NCBI GenBank assembly: GCA_041664285.1
Contig: JBAYLA010000001.1
Span: forward strand, 138,092 to 202,091
Length of the DNA stretch: 64,000 bases
Direction of reading: 5' to 3'
From: Minisyncoccota bacterium
GTDB taxonomy: Bacteria; Patescibacteriota; Minisyncoccia; Phycocordibacterales; UBA9973
This document shows, piece by piece, positions 36,384 through 46,336 of this stretch; position 1 is the stretch's first letter; the number at the start of each line of letters is the position of its first letter. The position numbers and the translations under genes are program-made. The notes under the pieces are model-generated. The model searched no databases and was not told the origin of the DNA. It worked only from the letters and a program-made list of their open reading frames with translations.

Positions 36384-37844
36384 ATGTCTTCAATTGATGA
36401 AATTAGGGACGCTAGAATAAAAAAACTTAAACTCTTAGAAAGTAGAGGATATAAGGCATATCCAGCAGATTCTTTGAGAGAAATTTCTCTGAAAGAGGCA
36501 TTTGATAATTTTGAAAATCTTGAAAAAGGTAAAGAAACAAAATGGATTGCAGGCAGAATAATGTCTATTCGTGGACAGGGGGCTATTGTTTTTATTACCT
36601 TAAATGATGGAACTGGAACTTTTCAAGGATTACTAAAAAAAGATATTCTCGGTGATGAAAAATTTAATTTTTGGAATGATGTCGTTGACATCGGAGACTT
36701 TGTAGAGACACAAGGAACTTTCTTTACCACAAAAAGAGGAGAGAAGACACTTGAGGTAAAAGATTGGCACATGCTTTCAAAAAGTTTGAGACCTCTACCT
36801 GAAAAATGGCATGGCTTAGTGGACGTAGAAGAAAGATTCCGAAAAAGATATTTAGATATTTTAATGAACCCGGAGATGAAAGAGCTTTTTGAGAAGAAGG
36901 CAAAATTTTGGGATGTGACTCGTAATTTTCTGAAAAAAGAAAATTTTCTAGAAGTTGAAACTCCAACCCTAGAAGTGACCACAGGCGGAGCAGAAGCGAG
37001 ACCTTTTGGAACTCACCATAATGATTTTGATATGGATGTCTATATGCGTATTTCAGTCGGGGAACTCTGGCAGAAGAGATTGATGACGGCTGGGTTTCCT
37101 AGAACTTTTGAAATAGGTAGAGTTTATAGGAATGAGGGAGGAAGCCCAGAGCACACCCAAGAATTCACCAATATGGAATTCTACGCCTCTTTTATGAACA
37201 TAAACGAAGGGAAAAAATTGGTCAGAGATTTGTATATAAAAATAGCGAAGGAAGTTTTTGGAAAAACTGAATTTGAAACTAGAGGACATAAATTTAATTT
37301 GAGCGGGGATTGGGGAGAAATAGATTATGTAGAAGAAATCAAAAAACAAACAGGAATTGATGTCTTGGAGGATTCAGAGGAAAAAATGGAAAAGACATTA
37401 AAGAAATTGAAAGTAGAGTTTCAGGGAAAAAATAGAGAGAGAATGACTGACTCACTTTGGAAATTTTGTCGCAAGAATATTTCTGGTCCGGTGTTTCTTG
37501 TAAATCATCCCAAGCTCGTTGCTCCTCTTTCCAAAGAAAATGGGGAAGACAATCGAAAAACAGAAATGTTTCAAGTGATTATTGCTGGAAGTGAGATCGG
37601 GAGAGCTCATGCAGAATTAAATGACCCTGTTGATCAGAAAAAAAGGTTTGACGAACAGAAGAAATTGATTGAAGGAGGGGATAAAGAAGCGATGATGTCT
37701 GATATGGAATTTGTGGAGATGCTTGAATATGGCATGCCCCCATGTTTCGGTTTCGGTTTCGGTGAAAGGTTCTTTGCTTTTCTGGTAGATAAACCGATTC
37801 GCGAAATTCAGCTATTCCCCCTAATGAGACCGGTTAAAGATTAA
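36384..37844 (+). CDS. lysS: lysyl-tRNA synthetase (class II)
   Basis: OB-fold N-domain; class II motifs FLEVETP, GRVYRNEG, and GFGFGERF at the C-terminus. Confidence 0.9.
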   Translation: MSSIDEIRDARIKKLKLLESRGYKAYPADSLREISLKEAFDNFENLEKGKETKWIAGRIMSIRGQGAIVFITLNDGTGTFQGLLKKDILGDEKFNFWNDVVDIGDFVETQGTFFTTKRGEKTLEVKDWHMLSKSLRPLPEKWHGLVDVEERFRKRYLDILMNPEMKELFEKKAKFWDVTRNFLKKENFLEVETPTLEVTTGGAEARPFGTHHNDFDMDVYMRISVGELWQKRLMTAGFPRTFEIGRVYRNEGGSPEHTQEFTNMEFYASFMNINEGKKLVRDLYIKIAKEVFGKTEFETRGHKFNLSGDWGEIDYVEEIKKQTGIDVLEDSEEKMEKTLKKLKVEFQGKNRERMTDSLWKFCRKNISGPVFLVNHPKLVAPLSKENGEDNRKTEMFQVIIAGSEIGRAHAELNDPVDQKKRFDEQKKLIEGGDKEAMMSDMEFVEMLEYGMPPCFGFGFGERFFAFLVDKPIREIQLFPLMRPVKD

Positions 37845-37899
37845 ATAATAATATTAAAAAACCACCAAATTGGTGGTTTTTTAATATATACCCTTCACT

Positions 37900-38550
37900 T
37901 TGTTCAAGGTCCTCAATTTTCTAGTTTTTCTTCAAAAAACGAAATTTGGGAGTTATCAACACCTAGTAGTCCCTCACAATATAATAACTGAAAAATATAA
38001 ATACTATCCATATAACATAAAAGATACTATTGAATCCAAAAAACATTTTGCAAAATGTATACTTATGGTATACTTAAAAGTAATATTTAATATGGTTAAA
38101 CATAAAGCAAAACCAGCAGATGAACCGCATGATTCTCAAGAGAATGATGAATCAAAAGCAAAAACTGTTCCACTTTTTTCGGGGATTAGTGATGCTATTT
38201 CTGATGAAGCATTAGAAGACCATAAAGTTGCAAAAGTAATAGCAAAAACAGCTCTTTCAGAAAACAAGCGATTGGAAAAAGAAATAATTGAACTAAAAAA
38301 TTATAAAGACCAATATTATGAAAAAAAAGAAGAATCGGCAGTTTTATCAACACAAATAAATCAGCAAGGAGAATCTATAGGAGTTCGCAATTTATTTTTT
38401 ACTATAGGAGGTCTACTTGGAGGTCTTTTGTTTGTTGCAGACATGGCTTCTTATCGCTTAGGATTTGGTATTGGTTGTATAGCATGTTTTATTGTGGCTA
38501 TGTTAAAACCAGATTTCAAAATTAGCAGTTTTTGGAAAAGAGAAAAATAG
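37900..38550 (+). CDS. hypothetical protein with a C-terminal membrane anchor
   Basis: Track ORF. Confidence 0.35.
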   Translation: MFKVLNFLVFLQKTKFGSYQHLVVPHNIITEKYKYYPYNIKDTIESKKHFAKCILMVYLKVIFNMVKHKAKPADEPHDSQENDESKAKTVPLFSGISDAISDEALEDHKVAKVIAKTALSENKRLEKEIIELKNYKDQYYEKKEESAVLSTQINQQGESIGVRNLFFTIGGLLGGLLFVADMASYRLGFGIGCIACFIVAMLKPDFKISSFWKREK

Positions 38551-38552
38551 TT

Positions 38553-38927
38553 ATGAATATAAAAATATCAGGAATTGAAAATAGAGGAGATTTAGAAAAA
38601 GAACGAATTGTCTTTAATGTTTTGGCTGATGATGACGCAGGAAGATATATCGTTTTAAAAAGTAGAAAAATAGGGGAAGATAAAGTTTCTGTAAAACCGA
38701 GTGCTATTTTATGGTTTACAGATCAAGAAGTTAAAAAAGATGATTTTGTTATTCTTTATACAAAAAAAGGTATATATAAATCAAGTAAAAACGAGGCAGG
38801 GAATACTTCTCACTTTTTTTATTGGGATAAAGAAACACCAATTTGGAACAACGATAATGATGCTGTTGTTTTAGTAAATGCAAATACTTGGGAGTTTAAG
38901 TTCTTAAAAGAAAAGGAGAATGCCTAG
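38553..38927 (+). CDS. hypothetical protein (125 aa)
   Basis: Track ORF 38532.., start moved to MNIKISG; followed by a terminator. Confidence 0.35.
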   Translation: MNIKISGIENRGDLEKERIVFNVLADDDAGRYIVLKSRKIGEDKVSVKPSAILWFTDQEVKKDDFVILYTKKGIYKSSKNEAGNTSHFFYWDKETPIWNNDNDAVVLVNANTWEFKFLKEKENA

Positions 38928-38991
38928 ACATGATCTTATAAACGCCCTTAAGCGTGCAATAAACTAATAAAAAAGACTAAATAATACTAGT

Positions 38992-39022
38992 AAAAAACGG
39001 AAGAAAAACTTCCGTTTTTTTT
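38992..39022 (+). terminator. Rho-independent terminator (bidirectional)
   Basis: AAAAAACGGAAG-aaaaa-CTTCCGTTTTTTTT. Confidence 0.7.
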
Positions 39023-39147
39023 ATCGTTAAAACCAATAAAAGTTATCCACAGGCGGGGCTTGGTGTTATTTTTGCCTGTGGTTTATAATGTTAACTAAGT
39101 GGGAAAAAGTGGGAAATCTGTGTATAAGTTATTTTTAATAAAAAATT

Positions 39148-39585
39148 ATGTTAATCGGAGAATACATACATACCATAGATGAGAAGAATAGAATTTCCAT
39201 GCCGGCAAAGTTTCGTAAAGAACTCGGCAAGAAAATTATTATTACTCCGGGATTAGAAAAATGTTTATTTATTTTCACTTTGAAGGAATGGGAGAAGGTA
39301 AGCAAGAAACTTTCAAATTCAAATACAGAACTTTCTTTTCTGAAAGCGGATCAAAGAAATTTTAATAGATATATGTTCGGACGGGCAGCAGAAGTGGAGA
39401 TAGATTCAATTGGAAGAATTTTGATACCAGATTTTTTGAAAGACAGAATTGGATTAAAGAATACAGCAGCGTTAATTGGAGTAGAGGATAGGGTAGAAGT
39501 TTGGAACGATAAGGTTTGGTCGCAGAGCCAGGAAGCTATATCTAAGCAAGCGGGAGAGTTGGCGGAAAAGCTTGGAAATAGTTAG
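39148..39585 (+). CDS. mraZ: division/cell-wall cluster transcriptional regulator MraZ
   Basis: Two MraZ repeats (IDEKNRISMPAKFR... / ...IDSIGRILIPDFL); first gene of the dcw cluster. Confidence 0.85.
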   Translation: MLIGEYIHTIDEKNRISMPAKFRKELGKKIIITPGLEKCLFIFTLKEWEKVSKKLSNSNTELSFLKADQRNFNRYMFGRAAEVEIDSIGRILIPDFLKDRIGLKNTAALIGVEDRVEVWNDKVWSQSQEAISKQAGELAEKLGNS

Positions 39586-39597
39586 TTAGTAAGAAGT

Positions 39598-39702
39598 GAT
39601 CTTCGAAAGCATAATTTAGGGGGTTTCGAGGCTGTCGAGCCGAGAACTTCAGGATTTTTTAAGCTTCAAAAAATCTGTACCCTAAATTATGCTTTCGAAG
39701 AT
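39598..39702 (+). repeat. 65-nt structured repeat family, copy 1 (GGCT-gtcg-AGCC variant) with 23-bp perfect terminal inverted repeats
   Basis: ATCTTCGAAAGCATAATTTAGGG-GGTTTCGAGGCTGTCGAGCCGAGAACTTCAGGATTTTTTAAGCTTCAAAAAATCTGTA-CCCTAAATTATGCTTTCGAAGAT. Confidence 0.75.
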
Positions 39703-39711
39703 AAGAAAATT

Positions 39712-40608
39712 ATGGAAAGCATACACAAGACAGTTCTTTTAAATGAAACAACAGAAGGCCTAAATTTGCAAGATAATTCTTTAGTACTTGACTGTACTTT
39801 TGGGGGGGGAGGACACAGTAAAGAAATTTTATTGAGGTATCCAAATTCAAAAGTCATTGCCTTAGACCAAGACAATACTGTTTGGGAAAAAGCAAAAGAT
39901 AAATTCAAAGGACTAGAAAGTAGAATTACTTTTGTAAACGCAAATTTTAGAGATCTGAAAACAAAAGGTTTTCCAGTAAAGCTAGAAAATCTGCATGGAA
40001 TTATTTTTGATTTAGGTTTGAGTTCAGATCAGTTAGAGAATTCTGGACGAGGATTTTCCTTTATGAAAGATGAGCCACTACTCATGACCATGAAAGAAAA
40101 TCCTCTTTCGGAAGATGTTACAGCGCTAGATGTTGTAAACACTTGGGAAGAGAAGAATTTAGCAGACATTATTTATGGCTACGGAGAAGAAAGATACGGG
40201 AGAAAAATAGCCAAAGGAATAGTGGATGCAAGGAAAAGTGGAGAGATCAAGACCACCTTTGATTTAGTCAAGATAATTGAGGGGGCGATACCAGTAAGAT
40301 ATAGAAGGGGAAGATTGAATCCAGCTACCAAAACGTTTCAAGCATTACGGATAGCAGTCAATGATGAGCTGGGAGCTTTAAAAGATGGATTAGGAGAAGG
40401 GTTTGATCAATTAAAGGTAGGCGGAAGGATGGCGGTTATTTCTTTCCATAGTTTAGAAGATAGAATCGTTAAGAAATTTTATAAAGAAAAAGAAAAAGAG
40501 AGTAAGGCAAGATTGATTAACAAAAAGCCAATAAGTGCAGGTAGTGGAGAGTTAAAGAATAATTTAAGAGCGAGAAGCGCAAAGTTAAGAATTTTAGAAA
40601 AAATATGA
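39712..40608 (+). CDS. rsmH: 16S rRNA (cytosine1402-N4)-methyltransferase RsmH (MraW)
   Basis: ...DCTFGGGGHS...IIFDLGLSSDQL...; second gene of the dcw cluster. Confidence 0.9.
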   Translation: MESIHKTVLLNETTEGLNLQDNSLVLDCTFGGGGHSKEILLRYPNSKVIALDQDNTVWEKAKDKFKGLESRITFVNANFRDLKTKGFPVKLENLHGIIFDLGLSSDQLENSGRGFSFMKDEPLLMTMKENPLSEDVTALDVVNTWEEKNLADIIYGYGEERYGRKIAKGIVDARKSGEIKTTFDLVKIIEGAIPVRYRRGRLNPATKTFQALRIAVNDELGALKDGLGEGFDQLKVGGRMAVISFHSLEDRIVKKFYKEKEKESKARLINKKPISAGSGELKNNLRARSAKLRILEKI

Positions 40609-40988
40609 GACAAGCAACCTTACAACTAAAAACCCGCATCCAAAACGTAAATATTATGAATAATAATATTGAAGTTGAGAAAAATATTTTTAATACTATG
40701 CTTCTAGTTTTAGCTGCTCTTGCACTTTTTTACGTTTTAATTTTAGGAAATATGGTTTTTAATATTGTCGAGAGGAAAACTTTAGAAAAAGAGATGCTCA
40801 CCCTTAATAATGAAGTTGGGGAATTAGAGGTTTCTTATTTAGCTGTTTCAAATAGTATTGATACGAATCTTTCATCTATAATGGGTTTCAAAGAAACAAA
40901 AGCAACGTTTGCCACTCGTAAATCTCTAGGATTTAATTCTAACGGTAGCAATTTTGGAAACGTAAAACTTGCTAACAATGAAATCTAG
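40605..40988 (+). CDS. ftsL: FtsL-like small bitopic cell-division protein
   Basis: Single TM helix plus a coiled coil; sits in the rsmH-ftsI position of the dcw cluster. Assigned by position only. Confidence 0.4.
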   Translation: MRQATLQLKTRIQNVNIMNNNIEVEKNIFNTMLLVLAALALFYVLILGNMVFNIVERKTLEKEMLTLNNEVGELEVSYLAVSNSIDTNLSSIMGFKETKATFATRKSLGFNSNGSNFGNVKLANNEI

Positions 40989-42693
40989 TTTTGTTTTTAG
41001 GGGCAGAATAATTCTTTTTTTTGTTGTAATTTTTGCTGGCATACTTATTGCCAAACTTTTCTTTGTGCAACTCGTGCATGGTGGTACATATTCACAAGCT
41101 GCCGATCATCAATATTCTACCCCTTCAGCTAATATTTTTGAACGAGGAACAATTTACTTTGAACGTAAAGATGGAGTGCTTATTTCTGCGGCTACACAGG
41201 TTTCTGGTTTTAAGATGGCTATTAATCCTGATAAAATTCTTGATGCAGAAAATACTTATCTAAAATTATCTAAAATTATAACTATTGATCATGATGATTT
41301 TATAACCAAGGCTAGTCAGAAAAATGATCCCTATGAAGAAATAATTCATCGTCTTTCTAAGAAACAGGCTGATGCCATTACTGCTTTAAAAATTTCTGGG
41401 GTAAGTATTTTTAAAGAAAAATGGCGTTTTTACCCTGGGGCAAATTTGGCTGCTCATACTCTTGGCTTGGTGGGGTATAAAGGCAATGAATTAGGTGGAC
41501 GTTACGGACTCGAGAGACAATACGATGCTATTTTATCTCGGAGTGTAGACAACCCTTATATTAATTTTTTTGCTGAAGTTTTTTCTAATATAAAGAAAAC
41601 CTTATTTGAAAACAATGTCGCCGAAGGAGATATTGTAACAACCATTGAGCCTCAAGTTCAAAGTTTTTTAGAAAAAAAGTTGATGGAAGTAAAGAATAAA
41701 TATCAAATTGATTCTGTTGGAGGAATAATTATGAATCCGCAAGATGGGTCTATTTACGCTCTTGGGGTACTGCCTTCTTTTGATCTTAATAATTTTTCTC
41801 AAGTTAAAAATGTTTCTACCCTTTCTAATCCATTAGTGGAAAATGTTTTAGAGTTTGGGTCTGTCGTCAAGCCTTTGGTAATGGCAGCTGCCCTTAATGA
41901 GGGAGTGGTGAAAGCAAATACGACTTATAACGATAAAGGTGAAGTTACAGTTGAAAAACATCAAATATTTAATTTTGATAAAAAGGGGAGGGGTCCAGGT
42001 ACGAGTATGCAGGAAGTTCTAAATCAATCTCTCAATACAGGGATGGTTTTTGTAGAACAACATTTAGGTAAAGTAAATTTACGTAATTATTTACTTGCTT
42101 ATGGTATTAAAGATAAAACTGGAATTGATTTACCAAACGAGACTTCTGGGCTCGTTTCAGGAATATTAACCAGTCCTCGTGAAATTGAATATGCCAATGC
42201 TGCTTTTGGTCAAGGAATTGCTTTTACTCCAGTTGAATTAATTCGAGCCTTAGCATCTCTCTCAAATGGTGGGAATTTAGTTGTTCCTCACATTGTTAAA
42301 GAAATAAAATATAACAATGGAACTTCTAAACAAATGACTTACTCGACCACTCTCACCAAAATATCTAAAGCTACTTCCGAAGAGATAACCAGAATGCTTG
42401 TGCAGGCCATGGATAAAGGGATAGCTGGAGACTCAAAAAAACTTGATCATTTCAGCGTGGCAGCAAAAACAGGGACAGCTCAAGTTGCAGACAACATAAA
42501 TGGAGGATATTATGAAGATAGACATAACCATTCTTTCGTGGGTTATTTTCCTGCTTATGGTCCGAAGTTTATAATTTTTCTTTACGCGATAAATCCAAAA
42601 GGGGTGCTTTATTCTGCGATTACTTGGACTGATCCCTTTTTAGAGATTACAAAATTTTTATTAAATTATTACAATATTTCACCAGACAGATGA
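40969..42693 (+). CDS. ftsI: penicillin-binding protein (FtsI/PBP2-type transpeptidase)
   Basis: N-terminal TM helix; transpeptidase motifs SVVKP (SxxK), SLN, KTGTAQ. Confidence 0.85.
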   Translation: MLTMKSSFVFRGRIILFFVVIFAGILIAKLFFVQLVHGGTYSQAADHQYSTPSANIFERGTIYFERKDGVLISAATQVSGFKMAINPDKILDAENTYLKLSKIITIDHDDFITKASQKNDPYEEIIHRLSKKQADAITALKISGVSIFKEKWRFYPGANLAAHTLGLVGYKGNELGGRYGLERQYDAILSRSVDNPYINFFAEVFSNIKKTLFENNVAEGDIVTTIEPQVQSFLEKKLMEVKNKYQIDSVGGIIMNPQDGSIYALGVLPSFDLNNFSQVKNVSTLSNPLVENVLEFGSVVKPLVMAAALNEGVVKANTTYNDKGEVTVEKHQIFNFDKKGRGPGTSMQEVLNQSLNTGMVFVEQHLGKVNLRNYLLAYGIKDKTGIDLPNETSGLVSGILTSPREIEYANAAFGQGIAFTPVELIRALASLSNGGNLVVPHIVKEIKYNNGTSKQMTYSTTLTKISKATSEEITRMLVQAMDKGIAGDSKKLDHFSVAAKTGTAQVADNINGGYYEDRHNHSFVGYFPAYGPKFIIFLYAINPKGVLYSAITWTDPFLEITKFLLNYYNISPDR

Positions 42694-42699
42694 TCCTAT

Positions 42700-44055
42700 A
42701 TGAAAACAACTTTTAAAAAAATAATAACTTATATTTTAAGAATTGAGTCACAACTCGTACTTTTAAAATATAAACCAAAAATTATTGCAGTTACCGGATC
42801 ATTTGGAAAGACTTCTACCAAAGACGCAGTTTATGCTGTTCTTTCTAAAATCTCATATGTTCGTAAAAGTGAAAAAAGTTTTAATAGTGAAATAGGATTA
42901 CCCCTCACTATCTTAGGTGTTCCAAATGGATGGAGTAATCCATTAACTTGGATTCTCAATATATTTCGAGGTTTATGGCTTTTTATTGGGCCTCATAAAT
43001 ATCCTAAATGGCTTGTCCTCGAGGTGGGAGTAGGTAAACCAGACGATATGAGAAAGACTGCCTTGTGGTTGAAGACTGATGTCGTTATTTTGACTGCGAT
43101 TGGCGATACTCCTCCTCATGTTGAATTCTTTAATTCACATAAACATCTTTTAGAAGAAAAAAGTCAACTTATAAAAACTTTAAAGAAAGACGGCATTTTA
43201 ATATTAAATGCAGACGATGAAATGTTCCTGGAGATAAAGGAAAAAAGTAAACACAAAACTATCACTTATGGTTTTAAGGAGGGTGCTGATGTTTTGGGTT
43301 CCGGTGATACTATTTTTTATAATGAAAACAATGAATCTTCTACAAATAGTCTTCTAGGTGAGCCAGCCGGAGTAATTTTTAGAGTAGACGAAGGGGGGAG
43401 CAGTTTTCCTGTTGTTATTGAAAAAGTCTTTGGCCGAAACCATATTTATGCGACACTTTCAGCTTTGGCGTTATCTTCTAGTTTAGAATTAAATATGTTG
43501 ACAGCCGTAAACTCACTTAAAAATTATGATGTTGCTCCTGGCAGAATGAGATTACTGAAAGGGATAAACGATAGCTTGATTATTGATGATACATACAATT
43601 CTTCTCCTTTTGCTTGTGAATCCGCACTTAAAACTTTAGGTGAAATAAAAAGTAAAAATGAAGCCTATAGAAAAATTGCTGTTTTGGGTGATATGTTGGA
43701 ACTTGGACGACACACACTTGCTGCTCATAAAGATATTGGCAAAATAGCAAAAGAAATTTTAAGCGAAGATCAAAATAAAAAGATAAATATGCTTATGATT
43801 GTTGGGCCTAGAGCTAAAGCTATCAAAGAAGGCGCAATAGAGGCGGGCATGAAAGATAAAAATATCTTTGAATTTTTAAATTCAAGAGAAGCAGGAATTT
43901 TTCTAAAAACTTTTGTACGAGCAAATGATTTAGTGCTTATAAAAGGTTCTCAGGGTATGCGAATGGAGAGAGCGGTAGAAGCGATCCTTTTAGATAAAGA
44001 AAATAAAAATAAATTACTAGTCCGTCAGGATTCAGAGTGGCTTCAAAAAAACTAA
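42700..44055 (+). CDS. murF: Mur ligase, most consistent with UDP-MurNAc-pentapeptide synthetase MurF (MurE not excluded)
   Basis: IIAVTGSFGKTSTKD P-loop and Mur ligase middle and C-terminal domains; follows ftsI. Confidence 0.6.
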   Translation: MKTTFKKIITYILRIESQLVLLKYKPKIIAVTGSFGKTSTKDAVYAVLSKISYVRKSEKSFNSEIGLPLTILGVPNGWSNPLTWILNIFRGLWLFIGPHKYPKWLVLEVGVGKPDDMRKTALWLKTDVVILTAIGDTPPHVEFFNSHKHLLEEKSQLIKTLKKDGILILNADDEMFLEIKEKSKHKTITYGFKEGADVLGSGDTIFYNENNESSTNSLLGEPAGVIFRVDEGGSSFPVVIEKVFGRNHIYATLSALALSSSLELNMLTAVNSLKNYDVAPGRMRLLKGINDSLIIDDTYNSSPFACESALKTLGEIKSKNEAYRKIAVLGDMLELGRHTLAAHKDIGKIAKEILSEDQNKKINMLMIVGPRAKAIKEGAIEAGMKDKNIFEFLNSREAGIFLKTFVRANDLVLIKGSQGMRMERAVEAILLDKENKNKLLVRQDSEWLQKN

Positions 44056-44056
44056 A

Positions 44057-44305
44057 TTAAATTTCTCCAATGAATTTTAAAATCCATTTTTCTGCTTTTT
44101 CCACCAAGGGGAAAACATGGGGGGATTTTTGTGCATGCTTGTGTATGAGAAGGCGAATAGCTGGAAAATAAAGAGAAAGAATCATAAAGCCAATAATTAA
44201 AAAGAGTATTCCTTGCAGTAAGGGCACGACTAAGCCGAGAAATCCTAAGAGTATAAAACTAATTCCAATAATTAAAACAAAAGTTTTCTTTATTTCTTTT
44301 TTCAA
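44057..44305 (-). CDS. small inner-membrane protein (DUF454/YbaN-like)
   Basis: 82 aa with two TM helices; LGLVVPLLQGILFLIIGFMILSLYFP resembles the YbaN family. Confidence 0.4.
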   Translation of the reverse strand: MKKEIKKTFVLIIGISFILLGFLGLVVPLLQGILFLIIGFMILSLYFPAIRLLIHKHAQKSPHVFPLVEKAEKWILKFIGEI

Positions 44306-44320
44306 GGGTTTTTTGACTTT

Positions 44321-45691
44321 TTAATACCTATTAAGTTTAAAAGCAGCAGTTGTCTTAGGACCTACTATTCCATCAACCACTAATCCTGGAACACTAGTTT
44401 GGAAAGCTTTCACAGCTGCATAAGTTTTCGGACCAAATTTTCCGTCCAGAACTAAACCTGATCCTAAACTCTTTTGTAAACAAACAACATCAGCACCAGA
44501 CAAACCACGTCTTAAGGTTCTACCGATTGTACAAGTTGAAGAAAAATTACCAAGTTTCAAAGCAGCAGTTGTCTTAGGACCTACTATTCCATCAACCACT
44601 AATCCTGGAACACTAGTTTGAAAAGCTTTCACAGCTGCATAAGTTTTCGGACCAAATTTTCCGTCCAGAACTAAACCTGATCCTAAACTCTTTTGTAAAC
44701 AAACAACATCAGCACCAGTTGAACCACGCCTTAAGGTTCTATTAATTGAACAAGAAGAAGTAGGTGCTGACAGAACTCCGCAAGATATTCCCGTGATTAC
44801 ACTAAAACCTACGGATGAAGTACAACCTAATGGATAGCTTCCGCAAGGTTTTCCTGTGGTTATACTAAAACCGGAAGCAGAACTACAACCATAAGGGAGG
44901 CCTGTTGTTGGATCGTAATCAGAATTTGAAGAAGAATTTGAATTTGTTTGATTAATCACTGGCGTCACCCCACAAGAGCCACCCGTAATTACACTAACCC
45001 CCAAAGATGAGTTACAACCTAATGGATAGAGTCCACAAGATATCCCCGTGGTTGTACTAAATCCTGAAGTAGAAGAACTACAACCGCAAAGGAGACCTGT
45101 ATTTTGATCGTAACCAGAAATTAAACAAGTTGAGGTAGAATTTGAATTATTTAAATTACCTGAAGTAACCGAAATACTCGAAGTATTAGAATTATTTAGA
45201 TTATTTGAATTAGTCGAATTGGGGGAGGTTTTTTCTGACGTTTTCTCTATACAAGACTTTCCTGTGGTTGGACTAAAACCCGAAGAAGAAGAACTACAAC
45301 CACAAAGGAAACCTGTTGTTAAATCATGATCATTTACACAGTTTGGATCAGAAAAAGATGTGTTAGGTTGTACAGTGCCACAATATTCTCCCTTATTTGT
45401 AAGCCAATCTGTAGCTGCTGAGCAACCACAACTAAAACCTGTCGTTGTATCATAACCATTTTCACAAGTCGGATCAGAAGATGTGAAAGTTGCAGAATTT
45501 GCTTTGACGCAACTTTCTCCTGTAAATATATTATAGCCAGAAGTTATACTACTACAGCCACTAGCCACACTAGTACCACTGCTCACACTAGTACTACCAG
45601 TTACTATAGTTGCATTTGCAGAGTTTGTATTAAATAAAAACAAACCTAAAACAAAGATAAAAGTAAGCGAAATTAATTTATATTTTTTCAT
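44321..45691 (-). CDS. secreted cysteine-rich repeat protein with two C-terminal peptidoglycan-binding (PG_binding_1-like) domains
   Basis: Signal peptide MKKYKLISLTFIFVLGLFLF...ANA. Repeated DxxTG(F/L)xCGCS modules. Two copies of ...GADVVCLQKSLGSGLVLDGKFGPKTYAAVKAFQTSVPGLVVDGIVGPKTTAA.... Start moved to M42 of the track ORF. Confidence 0.6.
   Translation of the reverse strand: MKKYKLISLTFIFVLGLFLFNTNSANATIVTGSTSVSSGTSVASGCSSITSGYNIFTGESCVKANSATFTSSDPTCENGYDTTTGFSCGCSAATDWLTNKGEYCGTVQPNTSFSDPNCVNDHDLTTGFLCGCSSSSSGFSPTTGKSCIEKTSEKTSPNSTNSNNLNNSNTSSISVTSGNLNNSNSTSTCLISGYDQNTGLLCGCSSSTSGFSTTTGISCGLYPLGCNSSLGVSVITGGSCGVTPVINQTNSNSSSNSDYDPTTGLPYGCSSASGFSITTGKPCGSYPLGCTSSVGFSVITGISCGVLSAPTSSCSINRTLRRGSTGADVVCLQKSLGSGLVLDGKFGPKTYAAVKAFQTSVPGLVVDGIVGPKTTAALKLGNFSSTCTIGRTLRRGLSGADVVCLQKSLGSGLVLDGKFGPKTYAAVKAFQTSVPGLVVDGIVGPKTTAAFKLNRY
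44324..44781. repeat. tandem duplication (2 x roughly 229 bp, about 95% identical) encoding the two PG-binding domains
   Basis: AGTTTAAAAGCAGCAGTTGTCTTAGGACCTACTATTCCATCAACCACTAATCCTGGAACACTAGTTTGGAAAGC... recurs from 44553 with few substitutions. Confidence 0.8.
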
Positions 45692-45766
45692 AACTTTGAT
45701 TATATCAAATAATATATAAAAGTATATCATATTAAAATTTTTTAGATTTTTTGTATAATGTAAACT

Positions 45767-46207
45767 ATGAAGCTTGATATGCTTACAAAAAGAGCTATAC
45801 AGCATACTCTCCATTGTTTGTTGGGGTGTTCGATAGGTGAAATCCTAGGTATGTCCATAACTACTTGGCTTGGTTGGGAAACACTAGTGAAGGTGATCTT
45901 TTCTATACCACTTGCGTTCCTTTTTGGATATCTACTCACTTCTTGGTCGCTTGTGCGCAGGGGTGTATCTTGGCGTGCAGCCATCAAGACTACGATTGCC
46001 ACGGACACAATCTCAATATTATCAATGGAGATAGTAGATAGTGTATTTCTATTTTTTATTCCGGGCGCAATGAATGTACATCTAGGTGATTTACTTTATT
46101 GGTTTAAACTACTTTCTGCACTTGTGACCGCCTTTTTATTTACTGTTCCAGTCAATCGTTTTTTTATAGCTCGAAACAGCGAGGAGCATCATGTGCATAC
46201 TCACTAG
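45767..46207 (+). CDS. hypothetical multi-TM membrane protein with an HCLLGCSIGE motif
   Basis: Track ORF, 146 aa, 4 predicted TM helices. Confidence 0.4.
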   Translation: MKLDMLTKRAIQHTLHCLLGCSIGEILGMSITTWLGWETLVKVIFSIPLAFLFGYLLTSWSLVRRGVSWRAAIKTTIATDTISILSMEIVDSVFLFFIPGAMNVHLGDLLYWFKLLSALVTAFLFTVPVNRFFIARNSEEHHVHTH

Positions 46208-46211
46208 TAGT

Positions 46212-46283
46212 GTGACTCTACTGGGAATCGCACCCAGATTTGAAGCTTGAGAAGCTTCCGTCCTAACTATTAGACGATAGAGC
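46212..46283 (-). tRNA. tRNA-Glu (anticodon CTC)
   Basis: Reverse complement GGCTCTA-TC-GTCTAATAGTTAGGAC-GGAAGC-TTCTCAA-GCTTC-AAAT-CTGGGTGCGATTCCCAG-TAGAGTC-A. Confidence 0.8.
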
Positions 46284-46336
46284 CAATAAAAAAAATATAG
46301 CATTTTTCAATAAAAAACTAAAGAAAAATTTAAAAG

